From the NCBI GenBank assembly GCA_021787205.1, contig JAJYME010000007.1:10334-74333 (forward strand): a stretch of DNA of 64,000 nt. Reading direction: 5' to 3'. A program made the position numbers and the translations under genes. Positions within the stretch are counted from its first letter, which is position 1, and the number at the start of each line of letters is the position of its first letter. This document shows, in pieces, positions 38,643-47,890 of the stretch. This DNA is from a bacterium (lineage in GTDB: Bacteria; Patescibacteriota; Minisyncoccia; UBA6257; Colwellbacteraceae). The notes beneath the pieces were generated by a model. It worked only from the letters and a program-made list of their open reading frames with translations, had not been told where the DNA came from and searched no databases.

Positions 38643-39883
38643 TATTCTCCTTGGGTTGTTTTGGTGTTGATGTTCTGTGATAAAATCGCCTCCTTGGTAT
38701 AGATATTCTTAGGGCTCCAAAGCATCCAGCCGACGGAACCCGCATCCTTTGAAGCGGTTATCTGAGCTTTTACTTTTTCAGCGTCATAGACGGCACCAAG
38801 ACTGAAGTCTTGAAGCCAAGGACGGATTTTGGCGTTTATGGAAGGGTCTTTTGCCTTGGCTGCCGCTAATCTCTTCTCAGCGGACGCGAGGGAATAATTA
38901 ACCACTTCATAGGGATAATCTGCCGGATTCTTGTAGCCATCGAAGCCGGAAGCATAGTGGGAAGGATAAACCATCGGGGCGATATAATCAAAATAAGGAA
39001 AGGCGTTTTCAAGGATCTGCCCGATTCCCATATCGTCCTTATTGACGGTCACGAGGCCGAAGAGATCGGCCGAAATGGTCTTGCCAGGCAAAGATTCACG
39101 GACATATTTGAAGAAGGACTTGACGGCCGCCGATTTGGTGGTGGTTTTAAGATCAGTCACGGGGTAGACCGTCGCCCCAAGATTGCCATCGGAGGGAAAA
39201 CGGACATAATCAAAATTAATCTCATCGAAGCCGACATTAAAGGCATTCTTGGCCAGATTGATATTGTAATCCCAGGCATCCTTGGCCGAAGGATCGATCC
39301 AATAGAGCTTCTTATTGTCGCCCCAGAGATTACCCTTGCTGTCTTTGACGGCGATGTCCGGTCTCTTCTGGGCAAGGACCGGGTCTTGGAAAGTAGTGAT
39401 CCTCCCGATGACATAAATGTTATTAGCATGAAGATCGGCGACAAGCTTTCTGATATCGCTAATCCTGTTCTCCTCTCCCCCATACATGGAGATCTTGGCG
39501 TCTCCGGTCTTATAAGAAATGACGCCGGCGTAATCCTTAAGATCGATAACGACAGCGTTGGCGTCAGTCTCCGCAATGACCTTCTTAAGATAATCAACTC
39601 TCAAGGAAGAACCGGCAGTCCAGCCGGTGGCATAGATAGCCTTCACCTCAGAGGGCGGATTAGCAAGCGGTTTGCCCGGTTCGATAACGACAGGGCTCGG
39701 GGTGATGACCGGTTTCTGGCTCTCCGCCCCCTTCCCATCGGAACCTTGAGCGGCAGCAGTACTGACATCGCTTATTGCCCCACCCTTTATCTCCTCGACA
39801 TTGCCGGGCATATAATAAGCCGCCCCGATAAACCCGAGAACGACGATTAAAACTAAAACAAAGAACGCGAAGGCCTTTTTCAT
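38642..39883 (-). CDS. Putative glycoside hydrolase (DUF4015), membrane-anchored
   Basis: NAVVID.KD..G, I.RI..FQDP, GFDEI.FDY.RFP, PMVYPSHY and RPWLQDF motifs. Confidence 0.87.
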   Translation of the reverse strand: MKKAFAFFVLVLIVVLGFIGAAYYMPGNVEEIKGGAISDVSTAAAQGSDGKGAESQKPVITPSPVVIEPGKPLANPPSEVKAIYATGWTAGSSLRVDYLKKVIAETDANAVVIDLKDYAGVISYKTGDAKISMYGGEENRISDIRKLVADLHANNIYVIGRITTFQDPVLAQKRPDIAVKDSKGNLWGDNKKLYWIDPSAKDAWDYNINLAKNAFNVGFDEINFDYVRFPSDGNLGATVYPVTDLKTTTKSAAVKSFFKYVRESLPGKTISADLFGLVTVNKDDMGIGQILENAFPYFDYIAPMVYPSHYASGFDGYKNPADYPYEVVNYSLASAEKRLAAAKAKDPSINAKIRPWLQDFSLGAVYDAEKVKAQITASKDAGSVGWMLWSPKNIYTKEAILSQNINTKTTQGE

Positions 39884-39924
39884 TACCCTTCATTTTACAG
39901 GAAAAAGCCTATATAATGAAGTGG

Positions 39925-41031
39925 ATGTCATTTGCAGTATATAGACGCTACCGACCCCAAACCGTATCCGAGCTTTTAGGGCAGACAGCGATCACCGAGA
40001 CAATAAAAAATGCCGCCGCTTCTGACCGCTTGGCCCATGCTTATCTGTTTTACGGCCCGAGAGGATGTGGGAAAACATCAACCGCGAGAATTATCGCCAA
40101 GTTGGCGAACTGCGAAAAAAGACTGAGCGATCCGGAGTTCAAGAAGCTGGGCGAGCCCTGCAATGAATGCCGTGCTTGCCGCGAAATCAATGAGGGAAGG
40201 GCGCTTGATGTCATCGAGATTGACGCCGCCTCAAACAGAGGAATTGACGAAATCCGCGCCTTAAAGGAAGGCATCCGCCTCTCCCCCACTTCCTACAAAT
40301 ATAAGGTATTCATCATCGACGAGGTTCATCAGCTGACAAAAGAAGCTTTCAACGCTCTTTTGAAAACCTTGGAAGAGCCGCCAGCTCACGCTATCTTCAT
40401 CCTGGCGACGACCGAATACGAAAAGATTCCGGCGACGATCCTGTCACGTGTCCAGCGTTTCGGATTCAAGAAGGCCACCGTCAAAAAAATTGTCGAGAAG
40501 CTTTCGATGATCGCCAAGGATTCGAATATCAATATTTCCCCAGAAGCCCTGACCCTGATCGGCTCAGCCGCTGACGGATCTTTCCGCGACGCTGAGAGCC
40601 TCTTTGACCAAGTGACCTCGATGGAGGACAAGGAGATTACTCTCTCCGAAGTCGAACTACTTTTAGGGAAGACCGGAGACAGAAAAATAATCGAGCTCAC
40701 CGATAAGATCATAAAGAACGATTTGCAGGGAGCGCTCGAATTCCTCCACTCCGCCGATGAGGCCGGCAATAATCTTGTCCAGCTGACAAAGGATACTATC
40801 CACTGGTTGAGAAAGGCTTTGGTCCTATCCTTGAATCCGAGAATAGAGAATCTTCTGAAAGAAGAGCTGACCGAAGACTCATTCCAAGCTCTTAAAGAGC
40901 AAGCGAAAACACTTAATCCGCAAAAAATTGCTATTGTCTTGAAAAACCTGATCCAGACTTATTCTGAGATGAGAACATCGCCCTTTGCCGCGATCTCACT
41001 GGAAGTATTCCTGGTTGAAAATCTGAAGTAA
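39925..41031 (+). CDS. dnaX: DNA polymerase III gamma/tau subunit (short form)
   Basis: YRRYRP, GPRGCGKT, EIDAASNRG, IIDEVH and NALLKTLEEPP. Start set at ATG 39925. Confidence 0.97.
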   Translation: MSFAVYRRYRPQTVSELLGQTAITETIKNAAASDRLAHAYLFYGPRGCGKTSTARIIAKLANCEKRLSDPEFKKLGEPCNECRACREINEGRALDVIEIDAASNRGIDEIRALKEGIRLSPTSYKYKVFIIDEVHQLTKEAFNALLKTLEEPPAHAIFILATTEYEKIPATILSRVQRFGFKKATVKKIVEKLSMIAKDSNINISPEALTLIGSAADGSFRDAESLFDQVTSMEDKEITLSEVELLLGKTGDRKIIELTDKIIKNDLQGALEFLHSADEAGNNLVQLTKDTIHWLRKALVLSLNPRIENLLKEELTEDSFQALKEQAKTLNPQKIAIVLKNLIQTYSEMRTSPFAAISLEVFLVENLK

Positions 41032-41106
41032 TAAAAAAGCGAATGCCGATGCATTCGCTTTTTTGATGGGAACAGAAACTATTAAAAAATAGACTGGTGC
41101 CGATTG

Positions 41107-41649
41107 TCAGTTATCAGAATTTCTTTTAAGAAGCAATTCTGTCTCAGGAATCCTAGCGCCGCTTTTGAAATCAAACCTTTCGTCATAAAAAAGCTTTCCC
41201 GTCTCTCTAAATCCTAACTTCTTGTAGAAACCGATAGCGTTATCGTTGTAAGTCGCCACTTGGACAATGATGTCTTTCCCGTCGTCAAAGCGTTTCAAGG
41301 CTTCGTTCCATAACATCCTGCCGATTCCCATCTTCTGATATTCCGGAAGGATATAAAGGGTTCTCAACTGATTATTATCTCCATTGATGCCGGTGGCGCA
41401 AAGTCCGACCGCTTCATCTCCATCCATCGCCAGGAGGAAGGAGGCGGTGTCCTCAAGGTTCATAAGATCGTCAGCGCGTTTTCTAATGCCTTCTTCGCTC
41501 ACAATCCTCGAGAACCTTTCTTCAATGTCGTCAACGGTGATTCCGAATTCGGCATTGGGATAGGTAGCAAGCCAAGTCTTATGAAGGATGTTTCCGATCG
41601 CTTCGGCGTCAGAGGGGGTCGCATCGCAAATTCTGATATTTCCGGTCAT
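41107..41649 (-). CDS. GNAT N-acetyltransferase
   Basis: LYILPEYQKMGIG..L and N..AI.FYKKLGF motifs. Confidence 0.9.
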   Translation of the reverse strand: MTGNIRICDATPSDAEAIGNILHKTWLATYPNAEFGITVDDIEERFSRIVSEEGIRKRADDLMNLEDTASFLLAMDGDEAVGLCATGINGDNNQLRTLYILPEYQKMGIGRMLWNEALKRFDDGKDIIVQVATYNDNAIGFYKKLGFRETGKLFYDERFDFKSGARIPETELLLKRNSDN

Positions 41650-41721
41650 GTTGAGAATTTTAGCGGTAAAAAAAGTTTAGTCAAACAAAAACCGCCCCCC
41701 TTAGGGACGGTTAAGCGGCGA

Positions 41722-41994
41722 TTATTGCCATTTTTTCATCTCGTGGATTCTCCAGGCGTCAGCAACCCTCTTATCTTCGGCGTCTAACTCCTTCAAAACC
41801 TCGTTCCGAATCAAATATGAGGTTACTTCCTCCTTATCCTTAAGAAGATGGCTGATCTTAACAAACACCTTCTGGGTGATGCTGTCCATCTCCGGAGCGG
41901 ACAAGCCGGCGTCCTCCGCCGCGTTCATAATCGATTGTCTCAGCTTTCTGTCGTTCCAATCCTCTTTTTGTCCGGTTCTTTTTATAACACGCAT
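41722..41994 (-). CDS. Stand-alone ATP-cone domain protein
   Basis: VIKR.G..E.W...KL..SI..A and V.S..IR..V...L motifs. Confidence 0.85.
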   Translation of the reverse strand: MRVIKRTGQKEDWNDRKLRQSIMNAAEDAGLSAPEMDSITQKVFVKISHLLKDKEEVTSYLIRNEVLKELDAEDKRVADAWRIHEMKKWQ

Positions 41995-42137
41995 AAATTT
42001 ATTTTTTAATTTGTTCTTCGACCGGCTCGAATAACAAAAAACGAGCCCTATAAGACTCGCGGGTCATTTGTCATCCATTATACCACAAAACAGCCCTAGA
42101 CTCATCAAGGACAAAAAAGACCGCCTTAGAGGCGATC

Positions 42138-42653
42138 TTACATCTTTCTGCTGTCGTAAGCCCAATGGAGGACGGCTTGGCGTTGTTTCCTGTGGCAGGA
42201 ATAATCAAGAGGTTTGCAATTCTTCCTGATTTGAGAAATGTGCCTTCTGATCGCTATCCACCTCTTTATCTGTCTATCGTCTTCTCCCGGTATCCTCCTG
42301 CCCATATAATACCGGCAATACCACTGGAACCAACCGCGAGGATCATCCTTGTATATCCACCCCTTCGCCCGCCAGACACTCAAAGGTTGGCTCGCATTCA
42401 CACCAAAGAAATTAAGCTTTGGATCATGCCTCTCCGGACAAAGCTTCGCTTTCTTAAACCAGGAATCGGGAAATTCAGCCTGGCAGTCAGTCATATATTT
42501 TCCTCCAAAAACTCCAAGCTCCAACATTTCCTTGGGCGTCAGCTCTGGCTTGAATCTCGGGTCCATATTCTTCCCGACTGGTTCGGTAAGCTCATATGAA
42601 TAACCCTTCTGCATCTTGTCGTTAACAAAAATTTTTTTGATCATGTTAGGCAT
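42138..42653 (-). CDS. Conserved hypothetical protein (Trp/Arg-rich)
   Basis: LTPKEML.LGVFGG.Y, DPRGWFQWYCRYY.GRR and RQA.LHWAYD form a strongly conserved-looking motif set. Confidence 0.8.
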   Translation of the reverse strand: MPNMIKKIFVNDKMQKGYSYELTEPVGKNMDPRFKPELTPKEMLELGVFGGKYMTDCQAEFPDSWFKKAKLCPERHDPKLNFFGVNASQPLSVWRAKGWIYKDDPRGWFQWYCRYYMGRRIPGEDDRQIKRWIAIRRHISQIRKNCKPLDYSCHRKQRQAVLHWAYDSRKM

Positions 42654-43195
42654 TATAATGATTTATTGATTCCATAAGACTGGTTAATCGGTTCTTTGAA
42701 TAAGAAAAAACGAGGCGGATAGAAAGTAAAGATAGCGAACGCCACAAGGGCCGCGAGAACCAGCCCCAGCCACAGCTTGTCAGATTTTTTAGAGAACTCC
42801 GGCGTCGTCATAAGGCGGTAGCCGACATATTGCCCAGAGATGACAGAAAAGACGAAAAGGCTTATATCAACCGGAAGAAAATTATCGCCAAGCAAAGCGG
42901 TATACCCGTAGAAGCCGCCGACTATCAGGATTGGCGGCAGAAAAACAGCAACCGTCTTCGCAAAAAAGAAATTATCCGATCTCACCTTGAAAACATATCT
43001 TTCTAACAGCAACCAGACTGCTGCCGGAATGACTGCCAATTTCAAATGTTCCCAAGTGCTCTCATTGACCGCCGAAAAAACTCCGACCAGCCAATAACTG
43101 CCCGCCGCCCGATAAGTAAAATGAAGAAGGCTGCCAATGACGGATATGAAAAGAGCTCCCAGCATCTCGATTTTGAATAATCTTAGGTTTTTCAT
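42653..43195 (-). CDS. DUF6512-like membrane protein
   Basis: G.LLHF.Y, VNES.WEHLKL, FT..PP...LF.EP and several TM segments. Confidence 0.8.
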   Translation of the reverse strand: MKNLRLFKIEMLGALFISVIGSLLHFTYRAAGSYWLVGVFSAVNESTWEHLKLAVIPAAVWLLLERYVFKVRSDNFFFAKTVAVFLPPILIVGGFYGYTALLGDNFLPVDISLFVFSVISGQYVGYRLMTTPEFSKKSDKLWLGLVLAALVAFAIFTFYPPRFFLFKEPINQSYGINKSL

Positions 43196-45801
43196 TTAAA
43201 CATTTTCTTCTTATATTTGAATAATAATTTTACCAACTCAACTAAGGCGACATTGAATAACCCGATAAGAAAGACGCCGATTACCCAGTTGAGCGGCAAA
43301 GAAACGGTCTTAAATATGGCCTGCAATGCGGGATGATAAATAGACAAAGCCATCAGAACCAGGCCGGCAATGACTCCTCCGTTTAGATACCGGTTTGAAA
43401 ATAAGGGATAAGACCAGATGCTCTTATCCAGGCTTCTGACAGAAAAAGCTATCAGCAATGTATAAGTGCCGAAGGAGGCAAAAATAAAGGTGCGGATAAT
43501 CGCTTCATCGCATCCCGATCTCATCAGCCAATAATAAAGGATGAATAAGAAGGCACTGCTGAAGATTCCTAAGGAGAAAATCAAAAACTTGCTCAAAGGA
43601 TCGAAGAGTTTAGTACTCTTGCTTCTTCTTAAGTGTCTCGAGAGATTGTCTGGATCTCTTTCAAAAGCGTAAGCTACTGCCGGAAAGCTATCGGTGAAAA
43701 AATTGACCCAAAGTATTTGCAAGGCATTGAACGGCAACGCCATCCCCATCAAGAGCGATCCGCCGACGAGAACTAATTCATTAGTGACACTCGACAGGAG
43801 ATAAATAAGAACTTTCCTTATGTTGCTCAAAATCTGCCTGCCCTCCTCTATCGCCGCAACGATAGTCTCGAAATTATCATCAAGAAGGACAAGGTCGGCA
43901 ACGCTTTGGGCAACCTCAGTCCCCGACCCCATAGCAATACCGACATCGGCTCGCTTGATTGATGGGGCATCATTAACGCCGTCGCCGGTCATCGCTACTA
44001 CCTCGCCCATTCCCTGCAACACCTTGGCAATTCTCATCTTATCAAGAGGAGTGACGCGTGAAATCACCGAAAGGCGCGGAATCCTTTCTTTCAACTCATT
44101 CTCCGATAATTTAGAGAACTCAGAGGCGTCAAGGACGGATTCCCCATCAATATCCAGACCGATTTCCTTAGCGACGGCGGCGGCGGTGCCGCGGTGATCT
44201 CCCGTCAGGATAACCGTCCTTATCCCGGCGGCACGAACCTTTTCAATGGCTTGTTTGATGCCAGGGCGAACGGGATCGCGGAAGGTAACTAGCCCGTCAA
44301 GCGAAAGATCCGACAGGAAGGCATCATCAGTGAAAGAGAAGTCTTCTGTGTTTGATATTTCCTTCGAGGCCACGCCTAGAACCCTTTCCCCTGAGAAAGC
44401 TAAGGCTTCTATTCTGGAAAGGATTTCTTTTCTTTCAGATTCGTTTAAATAAGAATGGGCGGCTAAAATATCGGGCGCGCCAAAGAAGACGATCAAATGC
44501 TTCCCCGACTCCCTGATAAGAGATGCGGAAAATTTATGGATAGCGTTAAATGGAAGGGATTGCAAAACATGCTCCTTGGAAATGATTTTATCGATGGATA
44601 TGCCCCTTAAACCAGCAGAGCGGACAAGCGCCATTTCCATTGTCTTTCCACTCATCCGCCAGAGCTCGGGATCATCCTCCGGATTTTCCACAAGCACATT
44701 GGCATTAGCCAGAGCCCTGGCTAAAAGCTTTTCCTCCCCGATGCCAAAGGAAACAATTTTTGACATCAACATCTTAGCCATGGTCAATGTCCCAGTCTTA
44801 TCCGTCAGGATGACCGTCGTTCCTCCCAGCGCCTCCGCAGCAATCAATCTCCTGACCACGCCTTTTCTTTTTGCCATTCTCTCCACCCCGACAGCCAAGA
44901 TTACGGTCGTTGAAATCGGGAGCCCTTCGGGAATGGATGAGACGGCAACGGCTACTGCCGTCAAAAACATATCGACAACCGGATAACCAACGGCGATGCC
45001 GATTCCAAAGACGACTAAGGTCAAAGTTGCCAGGATTGTGCTTAGATAGAGGCTGAATCTAATAACAGCTTTCTGAAGCGGAGTCTTCTCATCCTCCGAC
45101 GAAGCGATAAGTGAGGCAATTTTTCCTAATTCGGTATCCGCATTAGTGCGACAAACTATGGCGGCACAAACGCCTTGGATAACCAAGGTTCCGGCAAAAA
45201 CCATGGAATCCTGATCTGGAATCTCAGCCTCTGCCGCCGAGGGATCGGCTGATTTGGTCACCGGCAAGGATTCGCCTGTAAGCACAGACTCATCCGCCTG
45301 AAAATCATTAACAAAGGAGATTCTTGCATCAGCCGGAACCCTATCCCCTTGGGCTAGACGGATAATGTCTCCAATTACAAGCTCTTCGGCATCCACCTCC
45401 CGTTCTCTTCCGTCTCTTATGACGCGAGCTCTCTGCCTCAGATAAGTCTTTATCTCCGAAAGCGCTTGCTCAGCTTTGTTTTCCTGATAAAAACCAAGGG
45501 CGGAGTTCACAAAAACAGCGATAAAGATAAAAAGGGCATCTTGAAGATGAGAAATGGCAACCGTAATAATTCCGGCAAAAACCAAAATAAGGATCAACGG
45601 GCTTTTCAGTTGATTTAAGAAAATCCCGATCCTCGTATTCTTGGGGGCGATCCGAAAGGCATTCCTCCCGAAGGCGGTCAACCTTTCTTCGGCTTCACTA
45701 GCCGATAACCCCCTCTCCAAATCAGTTTTTAAAAAATTGGCAGCCTCAATGGACGATAAAGACCAAAATTTATGTTGAAGATTTTTTGTTTTTAAGTCCA
45801 T
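43192..45801 (-). CDS. Cation-transporting P-type ATPase (type IIA, Ca2+-like)
   Basis: TGES, PEGLP, DKTGTLT, TGD, GDGVNDAP and QILWVN..TD motifs. Confidence 0.95.
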   Translation of the reverse strand: MDLKTKNLQHKFWSLSSIEAANFLKTDLERGLSASEAEERLTAFGRNAFRIAPKNTRIGIFLNQLKSPLILILVFAGIITVAISHLQDALFIFIAVFVNSALGFYQENKAEQALSEIKTYLRQRARVIRDGREREVDAEELVIGDIIRLAQGDRVPADARISFVNDFQADESVLTGESLPVTKSADPSAAEAEIPDQDSMVFAGTLVIQGVCAAIVCRTNADTELGKIASLIASSEDEKTPLQKAVIRFSLYLSTILATLTLVVFGIGIAVGYPVVDMFLTAVAVAVSSIPEGLPISTTVILAVGVERMAKRKGVVRRLIAAEALGGTTVILTDKTGTLTMAKMLMSKIVSFGIGEEKLLARALANANVLVENPEDDPELWRMSGKTMEMALVRSAGLRGISIDKIISKEHVLQSLPFNAIHKFSASLIRESGKHLIVFFGAPDILAAHSYLNESERKEILSRIEALAFSGERVLGVASKEISNTEDFSFTDDAFLSDLSLDGLVTFRDPVRPGIKQAIEKVRAAGIRTVILTGDHRGTAAAVAKEIGLDIDGESVLDASEFSKLSENELKERIPRLSVISRVTPLDKMRIAKVLQGMGEVVAMTGDGVNDAPSIKRADVGIAMGSGTEVAQSVADLVLLDDNFETIVAAIEEGRQILSNIRKVLIYLLSSVTNELVLVGGSLLMGMALPFNALQILWVNFFTDSFPAVAYAFERDPDNLSRHLRRSKSTKLFDPLSKFLIFSLGIFSSAFLFILYYWLMRSGCDEAIIRTFIFASFGTYTLLIAFSVRSLDKSIWSYPLFSNRYLNGGVIAGLVLMALSIYHPALQAIFKTVSLPLNWVIGVFLIGLFNVALVELVKLLFKYKKKMFK

Positions 45802-45815
45802 TAGGATTAATTGGG

Positions 45816-46529
45816 TTAGAAGTTTATGATGTCTTTTTTCTCATTCCATCTTTCCGCCTCAGCAATGATCCTTCTCATCATCCCCACCGTTTCAACCGGA
45901 TACTTTCCGACAGCCGTTTCTTCTGAAAGCATGACGGCCGATGAATAGTCAAAAACGGCATTCGCCACATCAGAAACCTCAGCTCTCGTCGGCTCCTGGT
46001 TATTTACCATAGACAGAAGCATTTCCGTCGCCGTCACCAAAAATTTCCCTTTTTTCAGGGTCTTGTGAGTAAACTCCTTCTGAAGCGGCGGAACCTTTTC
46101 CAAAGACTCAGCTACCCCTAAATCACCCCTCGCGATCATAATCCCATCAGAAGCGTCCAGGACAGCGTCAAAATTCTCAACCCCTCTGACCGATTCTATT
46201 TTTGAGATGACAAAGGCTCCGGGAAGCCTCCTGCGAGCTTCGTCAATCTGCTCATGATTCTCGGCAAAAGACAGGGCGATGTATTTAACACCTCTCCTGG
46301 CCGCATAATCAAGCTTGTCAAAGCTTTTTATATCGAGGATGACTTGCACTCTGTTTTCCGGATCGGCCTTTTTAAGGTTATCAAGAATAAGATCATACTG
46401 GGTTTCGTCGCCGTAGAAAGTATTGATTCTTATATAATCAATTCCCACTGCTATCAACTTTTCAAAGACACCGTAGTCCAGGGTGGCCGGACCGATGGTG
46501 GCGATGATTTTTGTCTTTAAAGATTCCAT
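45816..46529 (-). CDS. pyk: Minimal pyruvate kinase-family protein (barrel only; B and C domains absent)
   Basis: [39 protein letters not shown] and VMLSEETA.GKYP. 237 aa. Confidence 0.85.
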   Translation of the reverse strand: MESLKTKIIATIGPATLDYGVFEKLIAVGIDYIRINTFYGDETQYDLILDNLKKADPENRVQVILDIKSFDKLDYAARRGVKYIALSFAENHEQIDEARRRLPGAFVISKIESVRGVENFDAVLDASDGIMIARGDLGVAESLEKVPPLQKEFTHKTLKKGKFLVTATEMLLSMVNNQEPTRAEVSDVANAVFDYSSAVMLSEETAVGKYPVETVGMMRRIIAEAERWNEKKDIINF

Positions 46530-46590
46530 TAATGAATATTATAAAAATAAAAACGGGCTTTTGAAAGCTCGTCTTATCCTTTTCTCAAGA

Positions 46591-47154
46591 TTATTCCAGA
46601 TTAACGCTGTGTTTTCGCAGATCAGCCCTGATCTCCTTGTAATCAGGAAAAGCCCTCGAGACCAGATCCCAGAATCTGGGAGAATGATTGAATTCGGCGA
46701 GGTGGCATAACTCATGGACGATGACATAGTCGCGAGCTCTCTCTGGCAATAAAGCAATCTTGTAATTGAAATTTAAGTTTCCCCTCTTTGAACAACTGCC
46801 CCAGCAAGTCTTTTGGTTTCTTATGCTTATCTTATTGAATTTGAAACCGTAGATACCATTTAGGGCAACGATTCTCTCGGTTATCAGCCGGCGAGCCTTC
46901 TCCTTATTCTCCAAATATTCCCTCCTTTTAGCCTCCTTTGGCATTACCGGTTTTAAGGAATTGATTTTGGAGACTATCCAGCCAGATTTCTCCTCCACAA
47001 ACCGATCGATGATCAGCTCACTTACTCCTAAAGGCGCGGTGATGGTAATTGATCTGTCGGAATGGATGATGAGGCGGATGCAGCGAGAGCGCCTGTTTTT
47101 GCGCAAGGTATACAGAAGCTCCTGATTGTCTATAACAATTCTTTTGGTTTTCAT
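46591..47154 (-). CDS. YgjP/DUF45 family (M48-like HExxH) protein
   Basis: QKT.WGSCS, YVIVHELCHL and NHSP.FW motifs. Confidence 0.92.
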   Translation of the reverse strand: MKTKRIVIDNQELLYTLRKNRRSRCIRLIIHSDRSITITAPLGVSELIIDRFVEEKSGWIVSKINSLKPVMPKEAKRREYLENKEKARRLITERIVALNGIYGFKFNKISIRNQKTCWGSCSKRGNLNFNYKIALLPERARDYVIVHELCHLAEFNHSPRFWDLVSRAFPDYKEIRADLRKHSVNLE

Positions 47155-47235
47155 GGTCGGAAGCGCGGATTTATATAAGATTATAATGCAATAAAATATA
47201 AAAATACTCCAACTGACGCTGGAGTATTTTATATG

Positions 47236-47306
47236 CTACCGGACCTGGATTCGAACCAAGATTGAGGGCTTCAAAGGCCCCTGTCCTACCATTAGACGAT
47301 CCGGTA
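47236..47306 (-). tRNA. tRNA-Gln (anticodon TTG), CCA not encoded
   Basis: Reverse complement TACCGGA-TCGTCTAATGGTAGGAC-A-GGGGC-CTTTGAA-GCCCT...GGTTCGAATCC...TCCGGTA-G forms a cloverleaf. Confidence 0.96.
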
Positions 47307-47386
47307 AATACCAATACAGTATATCATTTTTTTGGCTTTTGTGAAGGGCTAAACCAAAATAAAAGAGGCCCCGAAAGGCCTCGATC

Positions 47387-47767
47387 TTAGGTTCGATCAG
47401 AGATGATGGTTCTTATAACAGAAAGGTATTCCTTGAGCTTGTCGCAGCCAGCCGCGGAAATCGCAAAGACGTCCTTCTGCCGTTTTTCATCTTTGAGTTT
47501 TTCTAATATTTCCCTTGTCTTCTTGTTCGCCTCAGGAGATCCGCTCCAATCAAGGGCGATGCCGTGATGCGTCCAGCCGACTATGAATTCACCGAACTCC
47601 GTCTTTATCGAGAACCATGCCGGTATGTCTCCTCCATAAAGAGCGGGGTCATCCTGCTCCATCTTTATTGTTTGGAAACCAGCTTCCCGGAACGCTTTCT
47701 CGAAGTCTCTCTCCACATCCGATTGGTCGGAATAGTCATAACGATAATAGAAGCTCTTTATGTCCAC
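47387..47767 (-). CDS. Hypothetical protein
   Basis: GTG start with a GGAGGTG Shine-Dalgarno and a terminator downstream. Shares motifs with 47891-48271. Confidence 0.75.
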   Translation of the reverse strand: MDIKSFYYRYDYSDQSDVERDFEKAFREAGFQTIKMEQDDPALYGGDIPAWFSIKTEFGEFIVGWTHHGIALDWSGSPEANKKTREILEKLKDEKRQKDVFAISAAGCDKLKEYLSVIRTIISDRT

Positions 47768-47890
47768 GGAAAATCACCTCCGGACAAGAAAATAAAAGGC
47801 TTTTTCTGCCTTATTGATAGCACATCCGCCGAAACAATGCAAAAACAGAAAAAGGCTCCTTTTTAGGAGCCTTCGCATTAGTATTTGGGG

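Noticed and set aside
38957-39850. Long antisense ORFs (this 297-aa frame, also 57710-58489 and 61782-62747)
   Set aside because: They lie exactly opposite well-supported genes and are expected from codon bias. They show no motifs.
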